Part shown: positions 21,915 to 32,400 of the stretch, piece after piece
Numbering within the stretch: the first letter of the stretch is position 1
Layout of the letters: the number at the start of each line of letters is the position of its first letter
NCBI GenBank assembly: GCA_965199715.1
Contig: OZ241322.1
Location: 1,600,001-1,664,000, forward strand
Direction of reading: 5' to 3'
Length of the DNA stretch: 64,000 bases
DNA from: Vicinamibacteria bacterium
Lineage (GTDB): Bacteria > Acidobacteriota > Vicinamibacteria > Marinacidobacterales > Marinacidobacteraceae
Program-made: the position numbers and the translations under genes
Notes under the pieces: model-generated
The model's database searches: none
What the model saw: only the letters and a program-made list of their open reading frames with translations
Told to the model about the DNA's origin: nothing

Positions 21915-23330
21915 TCAGCGCGGGCGGACCGCCACTTCCTCGCCGGGGGCGCTCTCGTTGGGCGGCGAGGCGCGATCGACCGCCGTGACCCGATAGCGGT
22001 AGAGCGCCCCCGGGTCGCGATCCGCGTCGCGCCAGTCGGCGCGTTCGAGGGGGGCCTCGGTCCGGCGCTCGAAGCCGCCCGACTCCCCGGCGCGGTACAC
22101 GTGGTAGCCGGCGAGGTCCGGCGCCGTGACCGGAAGCCAGCTCAGGTCGGTGTGCTCCGCGCCGGGGATCGCCCGCAGGTCGCGCGGCGCCGGCGGCGCG
22201 AAGACGTCGACCGGCGTGACGCAGACCGCTTCGGAGACGGCGCCCGCGCTCAGTCCTCCGGCCGATGCGGCCGGGACGAGGACCGGAACCGGTTCCGCGT
22301 CTCCTTCCGCCGGGATCGAGATGGTCCGCTCCTCGGTCGCGGCGGCCATCACGAGGCGCACCGAATAGCAGGCCTCCTCGCCCCACGCCACTTCGGTGTC
22401 GGAATACGCCGGACCGAGCGCCCGCCCGAGACGTTCCTCGCCCTCGCCGCGACGCCGGAACACCTCGTACACGGGTTGCGAGAGCCGCGCGGCGGCTTCG
22501 GCTCCTCCGGTCGCCCGGACGTCGTTCCAGGCGAGCGCGACGACGCCGTCCCCCACGTCGGCTTCGACCCCGTCCACCCCGGGGAGGTCGCCGGTCACGT
22601 CCAGCGAGAGCAGGTCGGCCGGATCGCCGGCGCCCGTCGCGGATTCGTAGAAGAGGCGGAACTCGACCCGGCGGCCCACCCACTCGTCGCGGATCGGCAG
22701 CAGCCGGATGTGCGTCGCGCCCGGCGACTCCGACTCGATGCGGTCGAACGGCTCGAAGTGGACGTCGTCGTACTGCAACGCCATTTCGCGGGGCGGTTCG
22801 GGTTCCGGTTCCATGGGCGGCTCTTCGGAAGCCGGCTCGGGCGGGTCCTCCGTCGCGGGCGCATCCGGCTCGCCTTCCGCGGCCTCCGGCGCGTCCTCCT
22901 CCGGCGCCACGGGCTCCGGCTCGGGCGGATCCCCCGTCGCGGGCGCATCCGGTTCGCCTTCCACCGGGGCCTCGGCCTCAGGCGCGACGTCCTCCGGCTC
23001 GCCTTCCGCCAGGGCGTCGCCCGGCGGGTCGGGTTCCTCCTCCGGCTCCGGTTCGGGCGCGGACTCGGCGGCCGCCTGGGCGAACGCCAGCTCATGCAGA
23101 TCCAGCACGCGCATCTCGAGGACCGCCCGGCGGAGGCGCAGCTCCTGAAGCCGCCCGTCGTCATCCGTCGTCGGCGCCGTCCACCGGAGCAGGAGCTCCC
23201 CGTCTTCCTGCAGGATCGGCTCGACCTCGGGCGCGCCGGGCAGCACCTCGAGCGGCGGTTGCGGCGGCCCCCGGCGCCCGCAGCCCACGGCGGCGAGGAG
23301 CGCCAGCGCGACGAGGAGGCGCCGCTGCAC
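21915..23330 (-). CDS. Lipoprotein with fibronectin type III-like domains and Pro/Glu-rich linker
   Basis: Lipobox-like AVGC followed by GRRGPPQPP; FN3-like motifs (DLAGYHVYR, YRYRVTAVD..NES). Confidence 0.8.
   Translation of the reverse strand: MQRRLLVALALLAAVGCGRRGPPQPPLEVLPGAPEVEPILQEDGELLLRWTAPTTDDDGRLQELRLRRAVLEMRVLDLHELAFAQAAAESAPEPEPEEEPDPPGDALAEGEPEDVAPEAEAPVEGEPDAPATGDPPEPEPVAPEEDAPEAAEGEPDAPATEDPPEPASEEPPMEPEPEPPREMALQYDDVHFEPFDRIESESPGATHIRLLPIRDEWVGRRVEFRLFYESATGAGDPADLLSLDVTGDLPGVDGVEADVGDGVVALAWNDVRATGGAEAAARLSQPVYEVFRRRGEGEERLGRALGPAYSDTEVAWGEEACYSVRLVMAAATEERTISIPAEGDAEPVPVLVPAASAGGLSAGAVSEAVCVTPVDVFAPPAPRDLRAIPGAEHTDLSWLPVTAPDLAGYHVYRAGESGGFERRTEAPLERADWRDADRDPGALYRYRVTAVDRASPPNESAPGEEVAVRPR
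22834..22962. repeat. Imperfect ~45-bp direct repeat, 84-bp period, inside the lipoprotein linker
   Basis: Copies at 22834-22878 and 22918-22962 encode EGEPDAPAT(G/E)DPPEP. Confidence 0.8.
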
Positions 23331-23335
23331 GAGTC

Positions 23336-24751
23336 CTAGGTGATGAACCGGGACAGGTCCTCGTCCTCGACGATTCCTTCGAGCTTCCGGTTCACGTACT
23401 CGACGTCGATCTCGCAGCGCTTCGGGTCCATTTCGGGCGCGTCGAACATGATCTCGTTGAGCACCCGCTCGAGGATCGTCGGCAGCCGCCGCGCCCCGAT
23501 GTCCTCCATGCGGTCGTTCATCTCGGCCGCCACCTCGGAGATCGCCCGGATGGCGTTCCGGTGGAACGTGAGCTTGAGGCCCTCCGCCTCGATGAGCGCG
23601 GTGTACTGCTTGATGATCGCCGTCTCGGGCTCGGTCAGGATGCGCTCGAGGTCGTCCACCGAGAGCGGATCCAGTTCGACGCGCACCGGAAAACGCCCTT
23701 GCAGTTCCGGCAGGAGGTCGTTGGGCCGGGCGTCCTGGAACGCGCCGGCGGCGATGAACAGGATGTGGTCGGTCTCCACCGCTCCGTAACGCGTGGTGAC
23801 GGTGGATCCGTCGAGCAGCGGCAGCAGGTCGCGCTGGACTCCCTCCCGGGAGACCTCCACGCCGTGCATCTCTCCCGAGCCCGTGACCTTGTCGATCTCG
23901 TCCACGAACACGATGCCGTAGTCCTCGGCGCGCTCGACGGCCAACCGCGCGAGCTGGCGGTTGTCCACGAGGTGGTCCTCCTCCTCCTCGATCAGATGGT
24001 CGAACGCCTGCGGCACGGTCATCTCGACCGTCCGCGTCCGGAATCCGAACGCCGACCGCAACATCTCCGCCATGTTCACGTCCACTTCCTCGTTCGGCCC
24101 GGAGATCGCCTCGAGGAACGGCGTCGCGGGCTCCCGCACGTCCAGATTCACGAGCCGATCGCCGAAGTCGCCGGTCTTCAACTGCTCGCGGAGCTTCTGG
24201 CGGCTGCGCTCCCGGGCGGCGTCCTCGGGCCGCGGATCGCCCTCCGACGCGGCCGCGTACGGGTTCGGGCGGCCGCGGGAGACGGCGCTTGCATCCGGGA
24301 GCAGGAGGTCCAGCAGCCGCTCCTCGGCGTTCGCCTCGGCCCGCTCGCGGACGTCCTCGATCATCTCCTCCCGCACGATCGCCACCGCGGCCTCGACCAG
24401 GTCCCGCACCATCGAGTCCACGTCGCGGCCGACGTACCCGACTTCGGTGAACTTGGACGCCTCCACCTTGACGAACGGCGCCCGCGAGAGCCGGGCGAGG
24501 CGCCGCGCGATCTCGGTCTTTCCAACCCCGGTGGGGCCGATCATGATGATGTTCCGCGGCGCGATCTCGGTGGCGACGTCGTCCTCGACGTGGAGTCGGC
24601 GCACCCGGTTGCGCAGAGCGATGGCGACCGCGCGCTTCGCCTCCGCCTGACCGACCACCCAGCGATCCAGCTCCTCGACGATCTCGCGCGGCGTCGGGTC
24701 GTCAAGGCGCGCCGGCGGCTCCGAACCCGCCGGCGGGAGGTGACGGACCAG
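23336..24751 (-). CDS. hslU: ATP-dependent protease ATPase subunit HslU
   Basis: TPREIVEELDRWVVGQ, GPTGVGKTEIARRLA, FVDEIDK, GVQRDLLP, PELQGRFP, IGARRL. Conserved N-terminus lies upstream of the first canonical start, so CTG 24751 is inferred. Confidence 0.93.
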   Translation of the reverse strand: MVRHLPPAGSEPPARLDDPTPREIVEELDRWVVGQAEAKRAVAIALRNRVRRLHVEDDVATEIAPRNIIMIGPTGVGKTEIARRLARLSRAPFVKVEASKFTEVGYVGRDVDSMVRDLVEAAVAIVREEMIEDVRERAEANAEERLLDLLLPDASAVSRGRPNPYAAASEGDPRPEDAARERSRQKLREQLKTGDFGDRLVNLDVREPATPFLEAISGPNEEVDVNMAEMLRSAFGFRTRTVEMTVPQAFDHLIEEEEDHLVDNRQLARLAVERAEDYGIVFVDEIDKVTGSGEMHGVEVSREGVQRDLLPLLDGSTVTTRYGAVETDHILFIAAGAFQDARPNDLLPELQGRFPVRVELDPLSVDDLERILTEPETAIIKQYTALIEAEGLKLTFHRNAIRAISEVAAEMNDRMEDIGARRLPTILERVLNEIMFDAPEMDPKRCEIDVEYVNRKLEGIVEDEDLSRFIT

Positions 24752-24754
24752 GGG

Positions 24755-25390
24755 TCAGACCTCCTCGTAGGAGATGCGGTGGTTCGTGTAGATGCACAGT
24801 TGGGCGGTCGCCACCATGGCCGCCTCCGCGACGGCCTTCGCCGACAGCGTCTCGACGCTGAACAGCGCCCGCGCGGCCGCCATCGCGAACGGCCCCCCAG
24901 TGCCGATGGCCATGACCCCGTCGTCCGGCTGGATGACGTCGCCGTCGCCGGAGAGCACGAAGAGCTGCTCCTTGTCGGCGACGAGCAGCAGCGCGTCGAG
25001 GTGGCGGAGCACCCGGTCGGTGCGCCAGTCCTGCGCGAGATCCACCGCGGCGCGCTCGAGGTTCCCCCGATGCCCCTCCAGCTTCGTCTCGAATTTGGAG
25101 AACAGGGCGTGCGCGTCGGCGGTCGCGCCGGCGAAGCCCGCGATCACCTTGCCCCCGGCGAGGCGGCGGAGCTTCCGGGCCGTGTGCTTGACGACCACGT
25201 CGCCGAGCGTGACCTGCCCGTCGGCGGCGAGCACGGTCTTGCCGTTCTTGCACACGGCGAGGATGGTGGTGGCGCGAGGGAGCAACTTGGCGGCGTCCGT
25301 CGGCCTCTCGCTACGCGAAGGCTCGGTGGTCTTCTTGGCAACCGCGAGGCGAACCAGCGCGTCAACCCCGATGGAAGGAACTTCGGACAA
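24755..25390 (-). CDS. hslV: ATP-dependent protease peptidase subunit HslV
   Basis: ATTILAV (catalytic Thr), DGQVTLG, GFAGATADA, WRTDRVLR, CIYTN. Start uncertain. Confidence 0.93.
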   Translation of the reverse strand: MSEVPSIGVDALVRLAVAKKTTEPSRSERPTDAAKLLPRATTILAVCKNGKTVLAADGQVTLGDVVVKHTARKLRRLAGGKVIAGFAGATADAHALFSKFETKLEGHRGNLERAAVDLAQDWRTDRVLRHLDALLLVADKEQLFVLSGDGDVIQPDDGVMAIGTGGPFAMAAARALFSVETLSAKAVAEAAMVATAQLCIYTNHRISYEEV

Positions 25391-25440
25391 CGGAGCCGAT
25401 GGGAGTTTCGGACTGTGTGGTCAGTATAGTTTGCACGGCG

Positions 25441-25845
25441 ATGGCGCGAACGGTTGCCGGCGCGGGCCCGGCGTCGCTGCTCCGGTTGATCGCGATCCTC
25501 AGCGGAATCTACGATGTCCTGCTCGGCGGCGCGATGCTGCTCGCAGTGGATGAAGTCGCGCGGCTGGCCGGAATTCCGCCGCCGCTGTTCCCGATCAACG
25601 CGAACCTGAACGGTCTCTTCGCGCTCGCGGTGGGCCTCGGCTACTTCGCGGTCGCCCGGCGCCCCAACGAGTCGCGGTGGTACTTCTGGATCATGGGCCC
25701 GTTCCTCAAGGGCGCGGGAGCGCTGGCGCTCCTGCTCGACGTCGCGCTGCGGGGCTCTCCCGGCTCGTTCCTCGCGTTCGCGGCGGCGGACGGAGCCCTC
25801 GCCGGGTGGACCGGCTTCGCGCTCGCGCGGACCGCCCGTGGATAG
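25441..25845 (+). CDS. Hypothetical 4-TM membrane protein
   Basis: Four hydrophobic segments; TATAGT 10 nt upstream; overlaps the next gene by 8 bp. Confidence 0.7.
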   Translation: MARTVAGAGPASLLRLIAILSGIYDVLLGGAMLLAVDEVARLAGIPPPLFPINANLNGLFALAVGLGYFAVARRPNESRWYFWIMGPFLKGAGALALLLDVALRGSPGSFLAFAAADGALAGWTGFALARTARG

Positions 25846-26497
25846 CCGCGAGCTCGTGCGCCGGGTCGCCCGCGCCGCTCCGGGCGACCCGCTCTGGGAC
25901 GATTTCGTGAAGCTCTGCCGGGCGATCGTGCGGACGACGCTCCGGCGCTGGAGGGCGGAGCTCGAGTTGCGCCCGGACCCCCGCGACATCGAGCAGGAGG
26001 TCCTGCGTCGGCTCGTCGCCGGGGATCGCGCCCACCTCCGGCGGTTCGACGGGAAGCGGCGGGTCAGTTTCACGTGGTATCTCCGGCGCGTCGCCGAGAC
26101 GGTCGTGATGGACTGGGTCCGCCACGAATACGGCCGGCGCGGCGAGGCGCCGCTCGTGTTCTCGCAGGGGGACGCGGGGTTCCTCGACCGGAACGCGGAA
26201 CACCTCTACGGGAGCGCGCTCCGGCGGCCGGACGACGACGTCCGGATGCGCGAGGTCGAGGAGGTCGTGCACGAGTTCCTCGAGGCGACCGTGCCGGACC
26301 CGCTCGACCGGGCGCTGTGCCGGCGCATCTTCCGGCTGCGCTTCCACGAGGGTTACACCATCCAGCAGATCATGCGGATGCGCGCCGTGCCCCTGAGCGC
26401 GTCGTCCATCTCGCGCCGGATGCACGCCATGCGCGAGCACCTGCGGAAGGTGTTCGGCTCTCGGGCGAGCCCGCGAGACCGATCACGAGATCCATGA
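25838..26497 (+). CDS. ECF-type sigma factor-like protein
   Basis: DIEQEVLRRL...FDGK..SFTWYLRRVA (region 2-like) and IFRLRFHEGYTIQQI (region 4 HTH-like). Confidence 0.7.
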   Translation: MDSRELVRRVARAAPGDPLWDDFVKLCRAIVRTTLRRWRAELELRPDPRDIEQEVLRRLVAGDRAHLRRFDGKRRVSFTWYLRRVAETVVMDWVRHEYGRRGEAPLVFSQGDAGFLDRNAEHLYGSALRRPDDDVRMREVEEVVHEFLEATVPDPLDRALCRRIFRLRFHEGYTIQQIMRMRAVPLSASSISRRMHAMREHLRKVFGSRASPRDRSRDP

Positions 26498-27752
26498 CGT
26501 TCGTGCCGGTCGGACCGGTGCGCAGCAGATCCCCGGTCGCGTCGAGCAGCGGGTAGGAATCGTTCCGCCGCAACGCGCCCGCGGGATCGAGACGCATCGA
26601 CTCGGCCCTCTCCCACGAGGAGCCGTCCGCGAACCCCCCGGCCGCGTCGGTGGGGCCGTCGGTCCCGTCGGTCCCGGCGGCCAGAAGCGCCGCGCCGTCG
26701 GCTCCCGCCATCTCCCGCGCGGCGACGAGCGCGAATTCCTGGCTGCGCCCGCCGCGCCCGGAACCCGCCACCGCGAGCGTGAGCTCGCCGCCCGCCAGCA
26801 GCGCGACCGGACGGGCGGAAGCGGCGAGCCGCCGCAGGCGCCCGGCGAAGGCGGCGGCCGTCTCATGGACGCCGCCGACCATGTCCCGCGCGAAGATCTC
26901 CACCCGGTAGCCGAGCCGGCGGGCCGCAGCCCCGGCCGCGTCGAGCGACTGGCGGTTGCTCGCGAGGATCGTGTGGGGGACCTTCGCCGGGGACGACGGC
27001 TCCGCCTCCCCGCCCCGCTCCAGCAGCCGGAGCACGGCGGGCGGCGCGCGGTCGAGAAGCCGATACCGCCGCAGCACGGCGAGCGCGTCGGCGAACGTGG
27101 TCGGGTCCGGAACGGCGGGCCCGGAGCCGATGGACGCGAGCCGGTCTCCCACCACGTCGGAGATCAGGAGCGCCGCCGAGCGTCCGGGCGGCAGCAGCGG
27201 GAGGAGCCGGCCTCCCTTCACCAGCGAGAGGCGCCGGCGCACCGTGTTCATCTCGTGGATGTCGGCCCCGCATTCGAGCAGCAGGGCGCCGGTCGCGATC
27301 TTGTCCTCGAGCGTGAGGCCCGCTGCGGGCGCCGCCAGAAGCGCCGAGGCTCCCCCGGTCACGAGCAGGAGGACCCGCGCCCCGGGCCCGACGCGGCGAA
27401 GGTCCTCGAGCAGGCGCCGCGTGGCGGCGACGGAATTCGCGTCGGGAAGCGGGTGTCCCGCGGCCTCGACCTCCACGCCGGGCACCGGCGCCTCGTGTCC
27501 GTACTTGACGATGAGCCGCCCCGAACACGTCTCGCCCCGAAGCTCGCGCGCCACGCCCCTTCCGAGCGCGGCCGCTGCCTTGCCGGCGCCGAAGAGGAAG
27601 ACCGGATCGTCGCCCCGGCGCGGCGGGAGCAGCGGTTCGCCCCGGATGGTCCAGCCGGAGTCTCGATCCCCCGCCAGATCCCGGGCGAGGATGCGCTCGG
27701 GATCCGCGGCGGAGAGGCCCGCCCGGTAGATCGCGAGGAGGCGGTCGCGCAT
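26370..27752 (-). CDS. Glycerate kinase type 2 (DUF4147/MOFRL)
   Basis: GAGKAA, AGHPLPD, GGASAL, ISDVVGD..IGSGP, GGRSQE, GTDGTDGPT, TGPTGTNVMD. Confidence 0.92.
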   Translation of the reverse strand: MRDRLLAIYRAGLSAADPERILARDLAGDRDSGWTIRGEPLLPPRRGDDPVFLFGAGKAAAALGRGVARELRGETCSGRLIVKYGHEAPVPGVEVEAAGHPLPDANSVAATRRLLEDLRRVGPGARVLLLVTGGASALLAAPAAGLTLEDKIATGALLLECGADIHEMNTVRRRLSLVKGGRLLPLLPPGRSAALLISDVVGDRLASIGSGPAVPDPTTFADALAVLRRYRLLDRAPPAVLRLLERGGEAEPSSPAKVPHTILASNRQSLDAAGAAARRLGYRVEIFARDMVGGVHETAAAFAGRLRRLAASARPVALLAGGELTLAVAGSGRGGRSQEFALVAAREMAGADGAALLAAGTDGTDGPTDAAGGFADGSSWERAESMRLDPAGALRRNDSYPLLDATGDLLRTGPTGTNVMDLVIGLAGSPESRTPSAGARAWRASGARWTTRSGARRASA

Positions 27753-27824
27753 CCGAGTCGCCGCGCCGCTGGCTAGAGTTCCGGGTGGCCCGGATCGGGC
27801 CGCGATTCCATCAGGAGGACGAGC

Positions 27825-28805
27825 ATGTCCGGCAGCGAATGGTACGTGGCGGACGGCGGCAAGACCCACGGTCCGTTTCCCGTCGCCGAGATCCAGCGCG
27901 GCGTCCAGTCCGGCCGCTGGTCGGCGGGCACCCTCGTGTGCCCGCAGGGCGGGTCGCGCTGGCAGCCGCTCTCCCAGTTCCGCGAGCTGGGGTCGGGCGC
28001 CGCGCCTCCTCCGCCGCCGACGCAGATGCACGAGGTCGATTACGACATCGTCGGATCGGAGATGCAGTTCGTCGAGGTGGAGCTGGATCCGGGCGAGGGA
28101 GCCATCGCCGAAGCCGGGGCCATGATGTTCATGACGAACGGCGTGAACATGCAGACGATCTTCGGCGACGGCACCGAGGACGGGTTCATGGGCAAGCTGC
28201 TCGGCGCCGGCAAGCGGCTGCTCACCGGCGAGAGCCTGTTCATGACCGAGTTCGTGAACCAGGGCCACGGAAAGCAGCGGGTCGCGTTCGCCGCTCCCTA
28301 TCCGGGGACGATCCTGCCGGTGGACCTCTCGCAGATGGGCAACCGGGTCATCGCCCAGAAGGACGCCTTCCTGTGCGCCGCGAAGGGCGTCTCCGTCGGG
28401 ATCGCCTTCCAGAAGAAGATCGGCACGGCGCTCTTCGGCGGCGAGGGATTCATCATGCAGTCCATCGAGGGCGACGGGCTGGCGTTCCTCCACGCGGGGG
28501 GAAACGTGGTGCGCAAGGATCTCGCCGCGGGCGAGCGCCTCCGCGTGGACACCGGCTGCCTTGTGGCGCTGGCGCCTTCGGTCAACTACGACATCGAGTT
28601 CGTGGGCGGGGTCAAGTCGGCGCTCTTCGGCGGCGAGGGCTTCTTCTTCGCGAGCCTGACCGGGCCGGGCTGGGTCTGGCTCCAGTCGCTTCCGTTCAGC
28701 CGGCTGGCCGGGCGCATCCACCAGGCCGCGCCGCAAACCGGCGGAGGCGGCAAGGGCGAGGGATCGCTGCTTGGGAAGCTCTCCGGCGTGGGGTGGGACG
28801 GCTGA
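27825..28805 (+). CDS. TIGR00266/AIM24 family protein with N-terminal GYF_2 domain
   Basis: WYVADGGKTHGPF (GYF_2); AEAGAMMFM, TGESLF, FGGEGF twice, WLQSLPFSRLA. Confidence 0.88.
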   Translation: MSGSEWYVADGGKTHGPFPVAEIQRGVQSGRWSAGTLVCPQGGSRWQPLSQFRELGSGAAPPPPPTQMHEVDYDIVGSEMQFVEVELDPGEGAIAEAGAMMFMTNGVNMQTIFGDGTEDGFMGKLLGAGKRLLTGESLFMTEFVNQGHGKQRVAFAAPYPGTILPVDLSQMGNRVIAQKDAFLCAAKGVSVGIAFQKKIGTALFGGEGFIMQSIEGDGLAFLHAGGNVVRKDLAAGERLRVDTGCLVALAPSVNYDIEFVGGVKSALFGGEGFFFASLTGPGWVWLQSLPFSRLAGRIHQAAPQTGGGGKGEGSLLGKLSGVGWDG

Positions 28806-29317
28806 CGCCGCGATCCGCCGAGGCGGATCGTTTCCTCGCGGGGTTCACCTGGGACGGCTGGACCCCCACTGAGCGCGCCACGCTGCTGTTCGTGGTGGAG
28901 GCGGATCGCATCCTGCTCATCCGCAAGCATCGCGGGCTCGGCCAGGGCAAGCTGAACGGCCCCGGCGGCCGGCTGGAGCCCGGCGAGACCCCGGAACAGG
29001 CGGCGGTCCGCGAGGTTCAGGAGGAGATCGGGGTCACGCCGGTCGATCCCCGCTACGTCGGGAGTCTCGCCTTCCAGTTCGTGGACGGCTACGCGCTGCG
29101 GGTCTTCGTCTTCCGCGCCGGGTCGTTCCGGGGCGAGCTGCGCGCCACCGAGGAGGCGACCCCGCTGTGGACGCCGCTCGACTGCATCCCCTGGGACGAG
29201 ATGTGGGAGGACGACCGCTGGTGGCTGCCGCGGCTGATCGCCGGAACACCCTTCGAGGGACGCTTCGTGTTCGAAGGCGAAGCGCTCCTCGAGGGGGAGA
29301 TGCGCGACCCGGCCTGA
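28793..29317 (+). CDS. NUDIX hydrolase (8-oxo-dGTPase, MTH1-like)
   Basis: Nudix box GGRLEPGETPEQAAVREVQEEIG; IPWDEMWEDDRWWLP. Start approximate. Confidence 0.88.
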   Translation: MGRLTPRSAEADRFLAGFTWDGWTPTERATLLFVVEADRILLIRKHRGLGQGKLNGPGGRLEPGETPEQAAVREVQEEIGVTPVDPRYVGSLAFQFVDGYALRVFVFRAGSFRGELRATEEATPLWTPLDCIPWDEMWEDDRWWLPRLIAGTPFEGRFVFEGEALLEGEMRDPA

Positions 29318-29325
29318 CCTGAATC

Positions 29326-29405
29326 CCGGACTCGCGCCAGCGGTCCGTCAGTTTCCGGACGCGCGCCAGCGGTCCGTCAGTTTCCGGATTCGCGCCAGCG
29401 GTCCG
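29326..29405. repeat. 29-bp tandem repeat, about 2.75 copies, spanning the VPS10 gene stop
   Basis: ccgga(ct/cg/tt)cgcgccagcggtccg[tcagttt] at 29326, 29355 and 29384. Confidence 0.9.
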
Positions 29406-32400
29406 GGTCCACCGGCTCGGAGAGGCCCTCGTTCACGCCGTCGAGCCCGTCGCCCAGAAGCTCGCCCAGCGTCTCGAGGTGGCCGTCCAGTTCGCCGGTC
29501 AACTCCTCGAACACGGCCCACGCGCCGTCGGTCGGCTTCGCGTCGCCGTTCTCGACGCTGCGCCGCAACGAGGCGAGGCGGTTGTTGAGCCGGATCGGGA
29601 AGTTCAGCGGATCCTGATTGCTGCGGTTCTGGGTCTGGTAGAGCGCTTCCTCGACTCCGGTCATGTCCTCGACAAGCTTCGCCCCCGAAGCGATGAGCCT
29701 CTGGTCGGAGGCCCCTTCCAGCCGCTCCTCGAGCTGGGCGCGCACGTCGCGGATCTGGATCACCGCCTCGTTGGCCCGGCTGGTCTGGTCCCGGATCTTG
29801 CTGGCCAGCTCGAACTGCTCCTCGAGATCGGCGGTCGTCACGCCCTTGAGCCGCGGGTCGGCGGTCCATTCGAACTCCACCGTCTCGCTCACGCCGGCGG
29901 CCGACACGGTCGCCCGGTACGTTCCCGGAGGCGCCTTGGGACCGTTCTCCGACCGCGCCGACCAGAGGATCATTCCCTCGAAGCCGACCGCGCCCCGATA
30001 CCGGCCGTTCCAGACGAAGCGGTTCAGCCCCCTCGCGGTCGTGGGGACCGTGGACCGGCGGGCGCGGAACCACGAGAAGTCGGGCGCGGCCTCGAAGTCG
30101 GGCTCGATCCCCTCGAAGCGATCGGCGAGCTCGCCGGAGGAGTCGTGGATCTCGACGACGACCTTCTCGACCTCCTCGGCGAGGTGGTACTGGATGATCG
30201 CGTCCTGAACCCCGCGGACCCCGGGCGCCGGGTCGAAGACCGCGAGGGTCGCGTTCGGGGTCGCCGCATCCATCTGCCGCAACGGCTCGATGTCGTCGAG
30301 GATCCAGAAGCCGCGCCCGTGGGTGCCGAGCACCACGTCGCCGCGGTGCACCACGAGATCGCGGATGGGCGTGTCCGGCAGGTTCAACTGGAGCGATTCC
30401 CAGCGGTCGCCGTCGTTCATCGAGAAGTACGCGCCGTGCTCGGTGCCGAGGAACAGCAGCCCCTCGCGCACCGGGTCCTCGCGCACCGCGCGGGCGAAGT
30501 GCCCGGACGCGACGCCCTCGACGATCTTCGTCCACGTCGCCCCGAAGTCGGTGGTCCGGTACACGTAGGGCTCGCGGTCGTCCACCTGGTAGCGGTTCGC
30601 CGCGAAGAACGCGGTTCCCTCCCGGTGCGGGGACTCGTCGATGATGCTCACCCGGCTGTACTTCGGCAGGTCGGGCGGCGTGATCTCGGTCCACGTCGCG
30701 CCGTGGTCGCGGGTGACATGGAGCAGGCCGTCGTCCGAACCGACCCAGATCGTGTCCGGGTCGTGCCGGGAAGGGACGACCGCGAAGATCGTGGCGTAGA
30801 TCTCCGGACCGTTCATGTCCATCGTGATCAGGCCGCCGGTCACGCCGAGCGTGTCCGGATCGGCGAGGGTCAGGTCGGGGCTGATCTTCGTCCACGACTG
30901 GCCGTCGTTCTCGGTGAAGTAGAGGAACTGGGAGCTGGTGTAGAGCCGGTTCTCGTCCAGCGGCGAGAACACGATCGGGAACGTCCATTGCCAGCGGTCC
31001 GGAAGCGCGCTCGCCGGCTCACCCGAGAAGAAGCGCGGATAGACTTGGATGTCGCGGATCTGCCCGTTCGAGCGGTCGTAGCGGGTGAGCAGCGCGCCTT
31101 GGCTCCCCGCGTAGAAGACGTCCAGGTTCGTGGGATGCTGGGTGATGTAGCCGCTCTCCCCGCCGCCTGCGTCGTAATACCAGCGGCTGCCCGGACCCCG
31201 CGCCTGCATGTGGTCCCAGCCATCGCTCGGCGTGCACAGCGTGGTGTTGTCCTGCTGGGCGCCGCAGACGTGGTACGGGAAGTCGTTCGTGACGTTCACG
31301 TGGTAGAGCTGCGCCGTCGAGTAGGCCTGACCGGTCCACGTCTCGCCGCCGTTCACGCTCACGTTCCCGCCGCCGTCGTTGGCGTTGCACATCCGCATCG
31401 GGTCGTTGGGGTCGATCCAGAGGTCGTGCTGGTCGCCGTGGGGCGGTCGCAGCACGATGTCGAAGGTCTCGCCGCCGTCCACCGACTTGTAGAAGCCGGT
31501 GTTCAGCGCGTACACCACGTCCTCGTCCACCGGATCGGCGTACACCCGGGAGTAGTAGAAGGCGCGCTGGCGCAGCTTCCGCTCGTCGTTCGTGAGCCGC
31601 CAGGTGGCGCCCCCGTCCTCGGAGCGGAAGACGCCGCCCTCGGGAGCCTCCACGATGGCCCAGACGCGATCCGGGTTCGCCGGCGAGACGGCGACTCCGA
31701 TCTTCCCGATCGGGCCCTCGGGCATGCCCGGGTTCGCGGTCAGCTCGGTCCAGGTGTCCCCGCCGTCGTCCGAGCGCCACAGGCCCGAATCGGGGCCGCC
31801 GCCCCACATCTTCCACGCCTTCCGGTACACCTGCCAGAGCGTCGCGTAGAGGATGTCCGGATTCGTGCGGTCGATGACGAGGTCGGCGGCGCCGGCCCGC
31901 GGGCTCTCGAAGAGCACTCGCTCCCACGTGTTTCCGCCGTCGGTGGAGCGGAACACGCCGCGTTCCTCGTTGTCGCCGTAGGGATGGCCGAGCGCCGCCA
32001 CGTACACGACGTCGGGATTCACCGGGTGGATCCGGATGCGCGCGATCGCCTGCGTGTCGGCGAGCCCCACGTGCCGCCAAGTCTTCCCGCCGTCGGCGCT
32101 CTTGTACACGCCGTCGCCCTGGGTGATGCTGCCGCGCAACTGCGTCTCGCCGCCGCCGATGAAGATGACGTCGGGGTTGGTCTCGGCGACCGCCACCGCG
32201 CCGATCGACGAACTGGTGATTTGCCCGTCGGTCACCGGGAACCAGGTCGTGCCCGAATCGAGCGTCTTCCACAGACCGCCGCCGGTCGCCCCGAAGTAGT
32301 ACTCGTGGCGGCGCCCCGGACTTCCGGTGCACGACAGCGACCGTCCGCCCCGCAGCGGCCCGATGTTCCGCCACTCGAGCGTGCGGATGCTGTGCGGCTC

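Noticed and set aside
29326-29405. 29-bp repeats as a CRISPR array
   Set aside because: Copies are directly adjacent with no spacers, derive from the gene end, and no cas genes are present.
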